From an uncultured Clostridia bacterium (GTDB taxonomy: Bacteria > Bacillota > Clostridia > Christensenellales > UBA1242), in NCBI GenBank assembly GCA_934754335.1, contig CAKVHY010000003.1, positions 419-64,418 of the forward strand: a stretch of 64,000 nt of DNA, written 5' to 3'. The notes below the pieces were generated by a model. The model was not told the DNA's origin. It saw nothing but the letters and a program-made list of their open reading frames with translations, and made no database searches. The position numbers and the translations under genes are program-made. Position 1 is the stretch's first letter. Every line of letters begins with the position of its first letter. This document shows, one piece after another, positions 20,301 through 32,000 of this stretch.

Positions 20301-20871
20301 TATTATCTAAATTCTGTTGAGTTCTTTCCAAATTTCTTTCGGCTTCATCTTTCTTTGCCTTAAAGCCAGCAATTCCTGATGCCTCTTCAAAAATAACCCT
20401 TCTTTCTAACGGCTTACTATTAACGATTTTATCAACCATACCTTGAGAAATAATAGAATAACCGCTTTTACCAACACCACTATTATAAAGCATTTCAGTT
20501 ATATCTTTAAGCCTACAAGGATTACCATTAACCAAATACTCACTAACGCCCGAACGATAAAGTTTTCTAGTGATAGTGATTTCTTCTAGCGGAGTATTAA
20601 AAATTTTGTTATTGTTATCAAACACTAAAGAGACTTCGCAAAAACTAGAGCCTTTGCGCTTTTCAGTACCTTTAAAGATAACATCTTGCATTGTTGTTCC
20701 TCTAAGGTTTTTAGAACTTTGTTCACCCAAAACCCATTTAACAGCATCTGCAACATTACTTTTACCGCAACCATTTGGTCCAACGATTGCATTTATACCT
20801 TCTTCAAATTTAATTTTAGTTGGGTCTGCAAATGATTTAAACCCCGAAATCTCTATCTGCTTGAAATTCAA
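17302..20871 (-). CDS. smc: Chromosome segregation protein SMC
   Basis: N-terminal FKSFA...GPNGCGKSN, long coiled coils, hinge, C-terminal LSGGEKAL...LDEIEAPLD. Start moved to the TTG at 20869-20871 (GGAGG 5 nt upstream, giving M-NFKQIEISGFKSF) instead of the track GTG at 20892. Confidence 0.93.
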   Translation of the reverse strand: MNFKQIEISGFKSFADPTKIKFEEGINAIVGPNGCGKSNVADAVKWVLGEQSSKNLRGTTMQDVIFKGTEKRKGSSFCEVSLVFDNNNKIFNTPLEEITITRKLYRSGVSEYLVNGNPCRLKDITEMLYNSGVGKSGYSIISQGMVDKIVNSKPLERRVIFEEASGIAGFKAKKDEAERNLERTQQNLDNITNVLNEIDRQLKPLQKQSETAKIYLELKEKLKLLEVNAYIYQYDSANDNKAVIQARIDEILEDLNIKQDKLEKVIDEYNSSFDKLNHLDQNIKDLNSQILELTVGLEKSAGLSSLLKEKIRSLTGDESRLNEEIQKKTQLAEQMTERLKNSRIRKEKFGEELNRNRSKLSDLEEQYENVTKELAFGEDEAKTQQKRIFESLNKLGDTKAKISALNAEKTSYEENIKRNFEDKIAVVAKINELETAEKECSRILKLENSNKEISSKKIDVLIVKQNEKLAENKKLELDINSLNTSIVSLHQKKKLLEDMQKEFEGFNGSVKRLLKDAERMNELKKRIVGVIANLISVPEKYQTAIEMALGNAVQNIVTENEEDAKYLIKYLKENQYGRITCLPINKVKPRNLDPVYQRVLNSTGCFGVAKTLIKYNSHLEPVISSLLGTTVVVSDINEAVNLANKTNYSFRIVTLDGDIIAPTGSMTGGSKKSFGTSLLSKDSDIGAIIKEIEEATRERVKKDEALKFGLSEYEAISKELKQETGNLREYELACAKENEIYVSIVDSKNDNFASLSKLESEIAKATQILDSINKELAVLNGEEKGEVSAELIDIDNFGDLKEKKESLSNEITELKVNIASISNEMQNILSEIERLEYESSLNAQELEDLVKTHNNNTELLKEHQNKVTEIDNEESVVKNSNELSETKEKLAKLERSKGELQVALKNLDEERLALTGEVSRLQDKKYAQDLNLTKVDTDIEAMQERVWSEYELTYATAMDYKKPEFDLKLGLQDIAKTKKEISALGNVNVNAIEDYKLLQERHGGIYEQAQDLIKAEEDIKKIIKDLSEEMTTQFVNEFNKINTNFGSIFKELFGGGNAKLELVDSDNVLEAGVEIYAEPPEKKLKNTQLLSGGEKALVAIAILFAILRLKPMPFCLLDEIEAPLDEANVFRFVQYLRRYSHETQFICITHKKPTMENSDCLFGITMEEKGVSKVVSVKLSDAVKMAEVK

Positions 20872-20974
20872 AATAGCCTCCGTTTCGAACACTAAAAAAA
20901 GTATTCATAAAGCAATTTAACACTCTTATTAAGTATAACAAATTACTTTATAAATACCAAACAAAAATAACATT

Positions 20975-21652
20975 TTATTTTTTTGACATTTCAATATAAA
21001 TATTTTTAGCACACGATTGCTCTGCCTGCTTTATAGACTTCGCTCTACTAACATTTTTTAAAACATCGTTTATAAACAACTTCACTTCAAATTCGCCATC
21101 AACTTGCCTACTTTTATATTCAATCTTCAAGTTTTTGGACTGACATAGTTCTTGCAATGGGGATTTATAATCCATAATAACATTTTCAAACAAAGCCACA
21201 TTCTCTTTATTCTTAACCAATGTTGTAAGAACAAAATCATAAGCAGTTTGCAAGTTGCTATCCAAATAAATTGCTCCAAGCAAACTTTCATATATATCAC
21301 AAAGAATGCTTTGCTTAATCTCATTTCTCAAACTCTTGCCAATTTTAATAAATTTGTTTATTTCCATAGATTGAACCAAATCTGCCAATGTTTTTTCTTG
21401 AACAAGTTTTGCTCGAATTTGTGTTAAACTTCCTTCTCTTTCGTTTGGGAAATTCTTATAGATATAGTCACTAACTATATATTCAAGCAAACTATCGCCT
21501 AAGAACTCCAACCTTTCATAACTTTGAGTTTTATTTTCGTTTGCGAAAGAAGAATGAGTTAGAGCAGTACTTAACAAATCCTTATCTTTAAAAGAATAGC
21601 CAATAATTTTTTCTAGATTATTCACCTTCAACCTCGCCTGCATACTTTTCAA
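20975..21652 (-). CDS. rnc: Ribonuclease III
   Basis: ERLEFLGDSLLEY signature plus a C-terminal dsRBD. Confidence 0.92.
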   Translation of the reverse strand: MKSMQARLKVNNLEKIIGYSFKDKDLLSTALTHSSFANENKTQSYERLEFLGDSLLEYIVSDYIYKNFPNEREGSLTQIRAKLVQEKTLADLVQSMEINKFIKIGKSLRNEIKQSILCDIYESLLGAIYLDSNLQTAYDFVLTTLVKNKENVALFENVIMDYKSPLQELCQSKNLKIEYKSRQVDGEFEVKLFINDVLKNVSRAKSIKQAEQSCAKNIYIEMSKK

Positions 21653-22646
21653 TATCTTCAGCGATTAAATCCACAAGTTTTGCGTTATACATTTCAACCA
21701 CCTGATTAATGCTTGCAGAGATGCTTTCAGCCTTACTACTACCATGAGATTTAACTATAATCTTTTTGCAACCTAGCAACACTGCTCCACCTTGGTGGCT
21801 ATAATCTAACTTATTTTTCAAGCCTTTGAAAGCGTTTCTCATAAGCAAAGCACCAAGTTTTCTCCAAACGCCATTTTCTATCTCTTGCTTCATCATTTTT
21901 AACAACGATACCATTGCACCTTCAGAACTTTTTAATAAAACATTGCCAGCAAAACCATCAGTTACAACCAAATCGTAATCACCAGACAAAAGTTCTCTTG
22001 CTTCCATATTGCCAACAAAGTTTATTCCTTCTAATTTGCTAAGCATTTCAAAAGTTTCTTTGCTAAGTTCATTGCCTTTATGCTCTTCAACACCAACATT
22101 TAAAAGCGCAACTCTTGGATTCTCCACGCCATAAATAGATTTTAGATATGCCGAGCCCATTAATGCGAAATGAACTAAATTGATAGGTTTTGCGTCCATA
22201 TTAGCACCACAATCCACTATTGCCACAGGAGTACCCTTAATTGTTGGAAGAATTGGACAAAGAGCAGGTCTTGAAACGCCTTTTAATCTTCCAAGTTTTA
22301 GGAAAGCACCCGTTAGAACAGCACCGGTTGAACCAGCACCAACAAATCCTGCTATTTCTTCGTTTGTTCTAAGTTCATCAAAAGCCTTAACAAGCGAACT
22401 ATCTTTTTTAGTTCTGATAGCAACTGTTGGCGATTCGTTATTTTCAATCACTTCTTTTGCATCAATTATTTCAATTCTATCTAAAAAAGAGCATTTTTCT
22501 TCTTTTAAAATCTCTTCAATTTTTTCTTTATCGCCCGTAAAAACAATAAACAATTCTTTATTTTTATTCAAGGCATCAATTCCGCCTTTAATTATCTCAA
22601 CTGGAGCATTGTCTCCACCAAAAGCATCAACTACAACTTTAATCAT
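21618..22646 (-). CDS. plsX: Phosphate acyltransferase PlsX
   Basis: MIKVVVDAFGGDNAP ... VDCGAN ... VVTDGFAGNVLLK. Confidence 0.93.
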   Translation of the reverse strand: MIKVVVDAFGGDNAPVEIIKGGIDALNKNKELFIVFTGDKEKIEEILKEEKCSFLDRIEIIDAKEVIENNESPTVAIRTKKDSSLVKAFDELRTNEEIAGFVGAGSTGAVLTGAFLKLGRLKGVSRPALCPILPTIKGTPVAIVDCGANMDAKPINLVHFALMGSAYLKSIYGVENPRVALLNVGVEEHKGNELSKETFEMLSKLEGINFVGNMEARELLSGDYDLVVTDGFAGNVLLKSSEGAMVSLLKMMKQEIENGVWRKLGALLMRNAFKGLKNKLDYSHQGGAVLLGCKKIIVKSHGSSKAESISASINQVVEMYNAKLVDLIAEDIEKYAGEVEGE

Positions 22647-22666
22647 ATTTTTCTCCTAATAAATTA

Positions 22667-22695
22667 ACTTTACAATAATTAAGAGAAAAAGTCAA
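22667..22695 (-). promoter_or_regulatory. Candidate promoter for plsX
   Basis: Minus strand TTGACT (22690-22695), 17 nt, TAAAGT (22667-22672). Confidence 0.35.
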
Positions 22696-22711
22696 ATATA
22701 TAAAAGTAAAA

Positions 22712-22738
22712 AAAGTCAACCAATAAATGATTGACTTT
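22712..22738 (-). terminator. Hairpin terminator downstream of the giant gene and SPFH relic
   Basis: aaagtcaa (22712-22719) pairs with ttgacttt (22731-22738), 11-nt loop, T-rich on both sides. Confidence 0.4.
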
Positions 22739-22746
22739 CTTTTTTA

Positions 22747-23046
22747 TTAATTTTTATCTTTTTTTGAACTTTTATTAACATTCAAAGTTTCTGCCATAGT
22801 GGTTGCTAATGTTGTAACATTTTGCAAATCACTTGGAACGATTATTTTTGTGCTTTGACCATCTGCTAAATACTTCAATGCTTCAAATCCTTGTAAAGTT
22901 AGATAAGCAGCATCAGGTTTTGCTTGCATAATCTTCTTGATTGCTTCTGCAGTACCTTCCGCCTCCACCTGAGCCTCCTGAAGAACTTCCACCTGTTTAT
23001 CCGCCAGTGCTACCACCGGTGCTTCCACCGGTAGTGCCTGAACAGC
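22747..23046 (-). pseudogene. SPFH/band-7 (stomatin/QmcA-like) gene relic, C-terminal roughly 95 codons only
   Basis: ADKQVEVLQEAQVEAEGTAEAIKKIMQAKPDAAYLTLQGFEALKYLADGQSTKIIVPSDLQ matches the C-terminal helix and tail of SPFH proteins (AEGEAEAI...YL.L..LEAL...A.G..TKII.PS.L). The frame opens only at 23046, 2 nt after the giant ORF's TGA stop codon (23051-23053). There is no TM segment, no SPFH core, no ATG and no RBS. Confidence 0.55.
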
Positions 23047-23050
23047 CTAT

Positions 23051-26000
23051 TCACCCATTAGTTTGTTCTTTCCCAGGAATGACTGTACCTGAAGTTTTTG
23101 CTAATGACCAACCGAAGTCACAACTTGTTATTTTACTAATTACAGAATCATCTAACACTTTTCCAGACGAAGTATATGCTCTTACGTTATAACTTAATTC
23201 GTCATGAGTTACAGTTCCTTCTTTTAGTGTTCTTGAAGTTATCAAACCTAGAAGATTACTATGCATATTTAAACTGTTAATTTTTAATTGCTCTTCTTCT
23301 TTCTCAAAATTTATCTTAAATGTTACAGTTTCTCCATTTTTAATAATTTTTCTTGCAGAAGATTGAGTTAAACCAACATTTGAGAACATACTATTGATGT
23401 TATAATCCACCACAACATTCTGATTTGCATTTATTGCAGTTTGCCTTGCATATTCTTTACGCTTATCATCCTTGTCTGCATCCTTAATTACAAGTTCGCC
23501 ATAAATAGGCGTACCATCAATAATTGTTATAGATTGACCTGCAGATGGATTAGGAACTGATTGAACAATCTTTTCAGGTTCTGCATTATATGTTGCAGTA
23601 ATCTCTGAAGATTCATAAATATAACTTATAAATTCATAAGTGTAACTTAATCCGTTAGATAACGATACTTCTAATTCACATAGCACTACTGGAATCAATT
23701 TAACATATCCTGTTACATTCAAAGTACCGACCTTTATATTTTCAGAAACTTGTGTACCTCTATATGTGATATATCCTGCTCCATTACTATAATCGGTTTT
23801 ATAAATATCTTGTTCACTTTCAACTATTCTTTCTGACGTTATCGGTCTTCCTTCCTCATCATATCCAATCGTATCTACAACCGTATGCCAAACTTTTTCC
23901 TTATGACTAAAGATTTGATTATAAGTTATTTCACGACTCGTTTCAACCCAAGAACTAGCCGTCTGATATGAGATTTGTGCTTCCACGCTTTGAGTTCCTT
24001 GAATTCCAAGTTGAATTTCTTGATAATTTGAGGATTTTTTAATGCTTTTTCCATCACCTGGCATATATGTAAATTTATAAGTTGCCGTAACATCTGGGCT
24101 ATTGAAATCAGTTTGACCTTTCGATGAAAGGATTACTTGACCTGTGGAATCAATCAATTCAACAGTTCTTTCCAAATGACTAATTCTATTTGGCTTTTCA
24201 CCGCTAAATATCATTTGATCATGATCATACGTACCGCAATCTTCATCATAGTAACCTAACTTTAAATTATTACCTATAATCTTACCAATATAGTTAAATG
24301 CATTTAATGTGTTATGGAAATCTTGACCAGTTACCACAGTTCTTGATTTTCCCGCCTCAAATCCTGGAGAAAGCACTCCCAACATATCAAAAGTTCCTGA
24401 ATCTCCAACTTTTTTTGGCAAATATGCAGTAGTATAATATGTACAATATTCGCCTTGGCTTTTGCCATTACATACCCATGCATCTTTTCCGTCCCTAGTG
24501 CCTAACGACAACTGTTTTCCATAATTTGTACATTTTGAATTATTACAGAAATAGTTATGAATTATTTCAGTTACCTTATATCTTCCTTCATAATATCCGT
24601 CGTTGTAATCAGTATATAATGATGAAGAACTTTCAACACTACTTGAGATTTGCATTGTGATTTGCTTTACAATAATCTTATGATTATCTGTTAAGTTTGC
24701 ACCAACCGCTGAATAACCAGCAAGTCCTCCAACATACATAGATCCCATTATAGCACTAACAACTTTTTCTTTTGAACCAACAAATTCAGTTATTCCTTCA
24801 ACACGTAATTCTGTACTTTCACTCTTCTCACCAGCATCTGTATCAACATAACCAAACAAACCACCAACATAAGAGCCACCAGATATTGAACTACGTGCTG
24901 GAACTGTAACCCGACAATTTCCGAGTTTTGCTGAAGAAGATGCTAATGTATCTTTATGGAAGTTTCCGCAAATTCCACCAACATAATCTCCTTGTGCTGA
25001 AATTGAACCAGTGTTCGAACCGCTAATCTTTACTTGTTGAGTATTATCACTTGTACAATGTATTAATTCACCAGCGATTCCACCAACGTAACTTCCAGAC
25101 GCTGTGATTGTTGCGCTATTTTCACCGCTAACCGTAGGAGATGAACATTGTTCTCTTAAGATATTCCCGTCTCCATCATAAACATATCTAACATCGCCTT
25201 TTCCAAGTACTCCGCCAACATAGTTTACGCCTGAAATAGTTATATCATTATTAGCATCTTCACCGGCTGTTTGCCCTGAAATTTTACAGCCACCTATTGC
25301 ATAACCACAGATTCCGCCAACATAACTTCCTGATGCTGTTATGCCATCATATGTGTTATTTCCATTAATTCTTAGGCTTCTTGCTGAAGCAGTAATACTA
25401 CCGCCATTAGAGTAACCACATATTCCACCAACGTAATTTGTTCCGCTTACTCTAACGCCTCTATAACTACCAACCGCACAAAGACCATTTGAATAACCAA
25501 CAAATCCGCCGGTATAATCGCCCGAACCAACAACTGAAATATTTAATCCGTTTTCATCTTTATTGGTTTTTAATTTTAAGTATCTAACATATAAGATTTT
25601 AGATTCTCCTGACACACCGCCAGTTTTAGTTCCGCCATTGACGATAATATTCTCAATATTTCCATTTATAGCGGTAATACCATCATTATATCCGAATGCA
25701 CCACCAACATTGCTATTTCCATTTATAGAAGCAACACCATTTTCAATATTAACTCCGCCACCTATATAACCTGCAGTTGCAGAATCTACAGTTTTAGCAG
25801 ATCCGTTTGCCCCATCTATTAATGGATAGTGATAATTATAACTATCATTTTCTGAGTCAAATTCTGGAGATCTATTATTTTGACCTAACGTTAGACCATC
25901 TGCTGAACCAACATAATTAGTATTGAATCCACCTTCCAATTTTCCAGCAATACCACCAACATAAGCGTTACCAGATATTGAATAAGTTGAATCAGTAAAC

Positions 26001-29000
26001 AATACTTGAATTCTTTCAACATTAATATGACCTGTAACCAATCCGGCGATACCACCAACATAACTACCCGTGGAGTTATCTCCTAAGACTGTTACATTAG
26101 CAACAACAATACTTGTATGTGCTTCAATATCATCACCGCCACCAGGACGACTTTTATTTTTCAAGATACCGCCATTTAAGTAACCAACTACACCTCCAAC
26201 ATAACTTGAACCAGTTATTTTTTGGCTTTCATTACCTTTAACAAGGATTTTACCCATGATATCGCCATTTGCTCTACCAACGATACCACCAACATAACTT
26301 AAACCAGATATTTGAACCGAACTTGTATCCATTGAACCTGTACTATAAATATCTGCATATGCAACATAACCAAACATTCCACCAACGCCATTTCCACTAG
26401 CAAAAATAGTTGAATTAGTTATCTTAGAAGCATTAATACTAATAGTCTCATATGTTTTATCTGGCTCTTTAACGCCATATTTTACCAATTCAGCACCAAC
26501 TCCGCCACCAACGAATCCGCCATTAGCATTAAGATTTAAGTTTTGAATCTTGAAAGATTTCGTTGAAACACTAGTCTTTCTTGTTACACCTGCACCGCCA
26601 CCAGCAAATGCATACGTTTGATTAACAGAACCATTTCCTGATGGAGTTATATCTTCATACAACTGCCATGTTAAAGTTTCTCCAACTTTTTCTGAATATC
26701 TTGAGAAATATGCATAAATTTCATCTTCGCTTAACGCCTTACCTGTGGCAGTAACCGTGGCATTATTTAATTCAACTGAAGAAACATCAGCATAACCAGC
26801 CACACCACCAACAGCGTAAACGCCATTAACCGTTACATTATTTAATGTAATACTACCAACATATGGTCCATAACCAACAGCGCCACCAACCATTGCATTA
26901 CCTTTAACGGTTATTTTTGCATTATTGGTTATGAAATCAACTCTATTTTTACCTACTACCGAGCCTAATTGACCTTTACCAATCAAGCCACCAACCTTAT
27001 TTTGATTTGCTGTTACATTAATTGTGCCAGCAATCCAAACTTGATAATCTGCTTCGCTTGTTAGTGTACCTTCTTCTAGTCCACCAATAATTCCGCCAAC
27101 ATAAACACTTTCGGCTTCTTCAAATTCCTTAATGTAATTTAAATAAGCAGGATCGGAAGATGTTAAAGGTTCTATTGTTTTCTTACCCGCATTATCTATA
27201 ACTTCTTTAGTTTTATCAGGAAGAACTGCGATATATGTTGAGTTAACAACTATATTACTAAATGCTTCAGCACCTGTAACTAATGAGCCAGCACAACCAA
27301 TCAAACCACCAACATATTTACCATTAGATGTGATATTAACTCCGCTATCTGAAATAATAACAGCAACTTTATTAACTTCACGTCCCGCATAACCAATAGC
27401 ACCACCAACGTTATTGCCCTTAGTTGTACCATTATCAGAACGAGTTGAATTAGTTATTACAATATTTCCAACGTCAATATTATTATCTGTATTTAACTTA
27501 TCTACTACATTATTGCTAAGACTTGCATTTTCATTAGTACTATCTGTTTTACCTATTGCGCCACCAACGTTATCCCCATTTGCAGTGATTGTAATATTTA
27601 ATGCAAGGATTCTACGTTTTGCTCTATAATACTTAGTTCCATCAACTTTTGTGGAAGGAATCAAATTCGAAAGTTTTTCATCGTCATCATAATTTGGGGT
27701 TAATTTTCCGTTCGCATCTTTTTCATACGATAAAATCGTTTGATTTACATGGGCTGAAAGGATTTGAGTTTCAATAATGCGACCATTTTCAACTTTATTT
27801 AAACTATAGCCTTCAAATGCACCAACAACACCGCCGATGTTATCTCCAAGAGAAGAACTTATTGTTAGATTTCTAACAGTGATAGTTCCGCCTGAACCTC
27901 CAGCATAAGTATATTTTGACCCTTTATAATTGTATGCGCCTGCTGAGTTACTTTCTGTTGTGTAATGTCCTAAATCCAGATTAGATTTACCGAATGCACC
28001 ACCAACATAATTTCCTTGAGCAGTAATACTAACCGCATCTGCTTGGTTTTCTCCGCCAACTAAGATTGTGGCATAAATTCCAACTTTATTTCTTGCGAAC
28101 TGATCTTTACTTGAAAAATCATTTACATAATTATTCGCTGTAATTAAACCTGCAACACCACCAACGTAACCATCATCAGTATCTCCAGTTTCTTTAGCGA
28201 GTCTTCCGCCTGTTAAAGTTAATGCTTTAACGTTAACTGAACCCAAAAGTCCGCCACGGATATAACCAGCCACACCACCAACATATCTACCAGTGGTTGA
28301 AATTGTTACGGTTTGAACTATGATAGTTGCATTAACTTGGCAATTTCCATTTGCACTTGAATAATTATTTGTTCCCTTTTCCTCAGCCTTATTAGTTCTC
28401 CATTCGCTATTATCTCCAACACTACCGCTCACACCACCAACATAATCCATTTGTGATGATACTTGTGTTTCATTGATAATAATCACACCGCTTAGAGAAC
28501 CGCTAAAGCCTGCAAGTCCACCAACAAATGAACCTTGAGCAGAAACAATAGTTTTATCTATCAATGGGTCTTGGCTAGCAATTAATCCATTTATTCCAAC
28601 TGCAGAAATTTCTCTATATAAAGAACCTTTTGCTTGTTCTTCGCCAACCAAATAGAAATTAACGAAGCCAGCAATACCATATCCGCCACCAACAAATGCA
28701 CCATCAAGCAATGTATGATTTGAATAATGAACACCTGCGTTGAATGAACTTGTAATAGTATTATTCAATGCTGAAGCAACACCTAATGTAACTTCACTTG
28801 AATAACCAGTTAACTGACCGGCAATACCGCCTAGGAATACACCATTTGTTGTGGCATTTACGTCTTTGGCTTCAGTTGAATTAATCCAACCAACTGTTCC
28901 TGCAACGCCACCAACAAATGCATAATTTTGTCTGTAATTCCTTAAGTCTTTTGCAATCTTAGTTTTTAGATTTTCAATAGTTTCTTCAATTTCTTTAATG

Positions 29001-32000
29001 ATATCTAAAACTTCGTCCTTATTAATGATTGCATTAGTTTTGATTTCAACAAATTTTTCTTCATAACTACTAACTTGTTTGCTTAATGTTCCCAATTCAG
29101 CCAACTCATCTTTTAGATCACTAATTTCTTCAATTTGAGCCAACAATTGGTCGCACTCTGCTTGCTTTGTGTTCATTGTATTTGTTAGAGAATCAATTTC
29201 ATTTTGACCATAAAGAGCAATTAGATCTATAATTTGTTTTTCAAGCCCTTCATATTGAGTAATGAATCTTTGCTTAGATAAACCATTAATTATATTTTCA
29301 CCATCTTTTTTAGGAGAACTGATTAAACTATTATACTTTGCTTTCAAACCATTCATTCTTTCTGCAAAATTAGTTTTATTTGTTCCACTTAATTTTGATT
29401 CAAATGAATTTAAACTTCCGCTAGCAAAATAAGTATTATACAACGTTGAAGTTGTGATGCCATCGGCTGACCAATATTTTGCATAAAGGTTTTCACCGTC
29501 TTTGGCCTTATATAGATAATTATTGTTAGCATCTTTATATTTATGAACTTCAGCCACAAGATTAGTAATTTCAACTGAAATAGTTTCTACTTCTTCTTGT
29601 AAGGCTGTATATTTCTCTTGATCAGCATCAGTTAACTTGCTCTTTAATTCCACTTTCTTTGCGGAGATATACTTATTAACTGCACTAATTACTTTATTAG
29701 ATTGCTCAATCACATAAGGAAGTGCTTTATCTCCAGTTACGAATTGATTAAATAATATTGCGTCGTTTGCGATATCTTTTAATTTTTCATAATACATTTT
29801 CTCAGTTTTGCCATCTTTTTCTGTGAAATAAGCCTCTTTTTCCGCTATTAATGAAATTAAGACATTTAATTGATTATTTACAGTGTTTTTAAAACCTGAC
29901 AAATCTGAATAATCAATCTCATTAATACCAGCGAATGATTCTTGAGCAATTTTATCTTCACTATTTAAATAAGGTCTAATTAAAGAATTTAAATTATCGC
30001 AATTTTCTTCTGTTTCTTTAATTTGTTGAAGCAATGTTTCAAATGCTTTTCTAAGCCTACTATCTAGGCTATCGCCAACGTTCTCAATTTGAGAAGACAC
30101 ATCAACTTTTGTAATATATGATTGATTAATGCGTCCTGCTTCACCAGCAATTCCGCCCACATATCTTCCTTTTGCTGAAACATTTATTTCTTCTGCGTTT
30201 GCATTATCAATATCTTCAATATATCCTGCAACGCCACCAATATAGCATGCTTTACCTGTGGTTGAAACAGTAATTTTAGAAGCATTAATTGTTTTGATTA
30301 CATAACCATATCCAACAACACCGCCAATATAACCATAATTATCTTGATCTGCTATAGAAGAAACCTTTAATTCGCTAACATTAATTTCGCTTACGCTCGC
30401 ACCATAACCGGCAACACCACCAACGTAGTTTCCGCCCGTTATTCTATCTTCTTTAGTTGTGCCAGCAGTTACTGTTACGTTTTTCATATCAAGAATTAAT
30501 GAATAAACACCATTATAATCACTCTTGATTGATGCATCAGAACGACCTGCCACACCACCAACATAGTTTCCTAATCCTTTGATTGTTATCGAACCAGAAC
30601 CACTACTTGAAGGAGCAACTTTAAATTTATAGATTGTACCATATGCATAACCTGCCACACCACCAACAAAATTTGCGTTACCAGTGATAGAAATTGAACC
30701 ATTACCTGCAATTACATAAGGCATTGTAATATAGCCAGTTGAATAACCAACAACACCGCCAACGTAATTTGCTTGAGTTTTTTCATTTTGATAACCAACG
30801 TTTGAATCAAGCAAGCAAACTGATTTTAATGAGCCATATGAAAGACCTATCAATCCACCAATGCAACTACCATTACCAGTAATTTCTGAATTTGCAACAA
30901 ATGTGTGAGAAATTAGATAAGTTTCATCATTACCAATCACACCCGATTCCACATAACCAATCATACCACCAGTTTGAACACCTAGGTTTGTTATTGTACA
31001 TTCAATCACACAAGCAGATTCAATACTTGCAGATGAAGCACCTGCCAATCCACCAATACTTTGAGAACTAGTATCAACGCCTGTGATATTTGATTTATAA
31101 ACTGCAACGCCACCGGCGATTCTTCCATTATTACAACCAACCGCACCGCCGATATAACTAATACCAAAAATTGTGATACCGGTTTCATTTGCAGAACCAA
31201 CCATAACTGCACCAACTCCGTGTCCGCCAATTGTGCCAACGTTCATACCTGCAATAGCACCCGCATTACTTACGTATTTATTATTAAACGCACCGATGCT
31301 TGAATTTGTAACCTTAACATTTCCAATAGTTCCTATGTTATATGCTGAAATTATACCAACACCATTCTTTCCGGATAGAATGCTACAGCCATCAGCAAAT
31401 ACCCATTTTATTGTTTTATTATTTTGACCAACAACAATTGCAACATCTTTATCGCCTTCTAATTGTTCATCAGTTAAACTTAATGATTTGAATGTTAAAC
31501 CAGCAATTACACCGCTATTCTTTTCAAACATTGGGCCATTTAGTTTAAATCCAGTTAATGTAATTCTAAATCCAATGAATTCATCTTTAATATCTTTAAA
31601 GCCAATTGCATCTTCATTAACGCCACCTAGATTATATACTTTTGCTTGAGTACTATCATTTAAGATATATACAGGCAAATCAATACCTTCTTTTCTTAAT
31701 CGTAAATCTTGATATCCATAAATATCTGAAGTTAACAAATATCTATTGAAATCTTTTTCACTCTTAATAATATAAGAAGTTGATTCTGTTTGGAATAAAT
31801 TATATGTGCTACCATCAAGAACGCTCTTAGGCTTTGCAGGGAATTTATTTTCAATATCACCATCTTGAGTCTGACCATTATGATAATTTATTGAACCTTC
31901 TTCAGCATTTACATAGATTTCATTTGTATCATTTTCAACCTCATATGTAAGTTTTGCTTCAATACCTGTGGAGATTACAACACCTTGTCTGATATTATAT

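Noticed and set aside
14958-22659. Antisense ORFs within ffh (14958-15266), ftsY (16730-17201), smc (17490-17726, 18719-18931, 19641-19841, 20570-20920), rnc (21152-21427) and plsX (22180-22659).
   Set aside because: Each overlaps a confidently identified conserved housekeeping gene on the opposite strand and has a low-complexity translation.
22941-23192. Two readings of the GC-rich patch at the giant ORF's 3' end. One is a Pro-rich plus-strand ORF (PPPPEPPEELPPVYPPVLPPVLPPVVPEQ). The other is a Gly/Ser-rich continuation in the giant ORF's own frame after its TGA (IGCSGTTGGSTGGSTGG-stop-TGGSSSGGSGGGG...), which suggested stop-codon readthrough, TGA=Trp recoding or a hidden lipobox.
   Set aside because: Both are alternate-frame shadows of the Ala/Glu/Val-rich SPFH-type coding frame (GCN/GAR/GTN codons). 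The continuation has a second in-frame stop (TAA) after 17 codons. Every long ORF in the window, including the 8,500-aa one, is free of TGA, and TGG is used for Trp, so code 4 is excluded.
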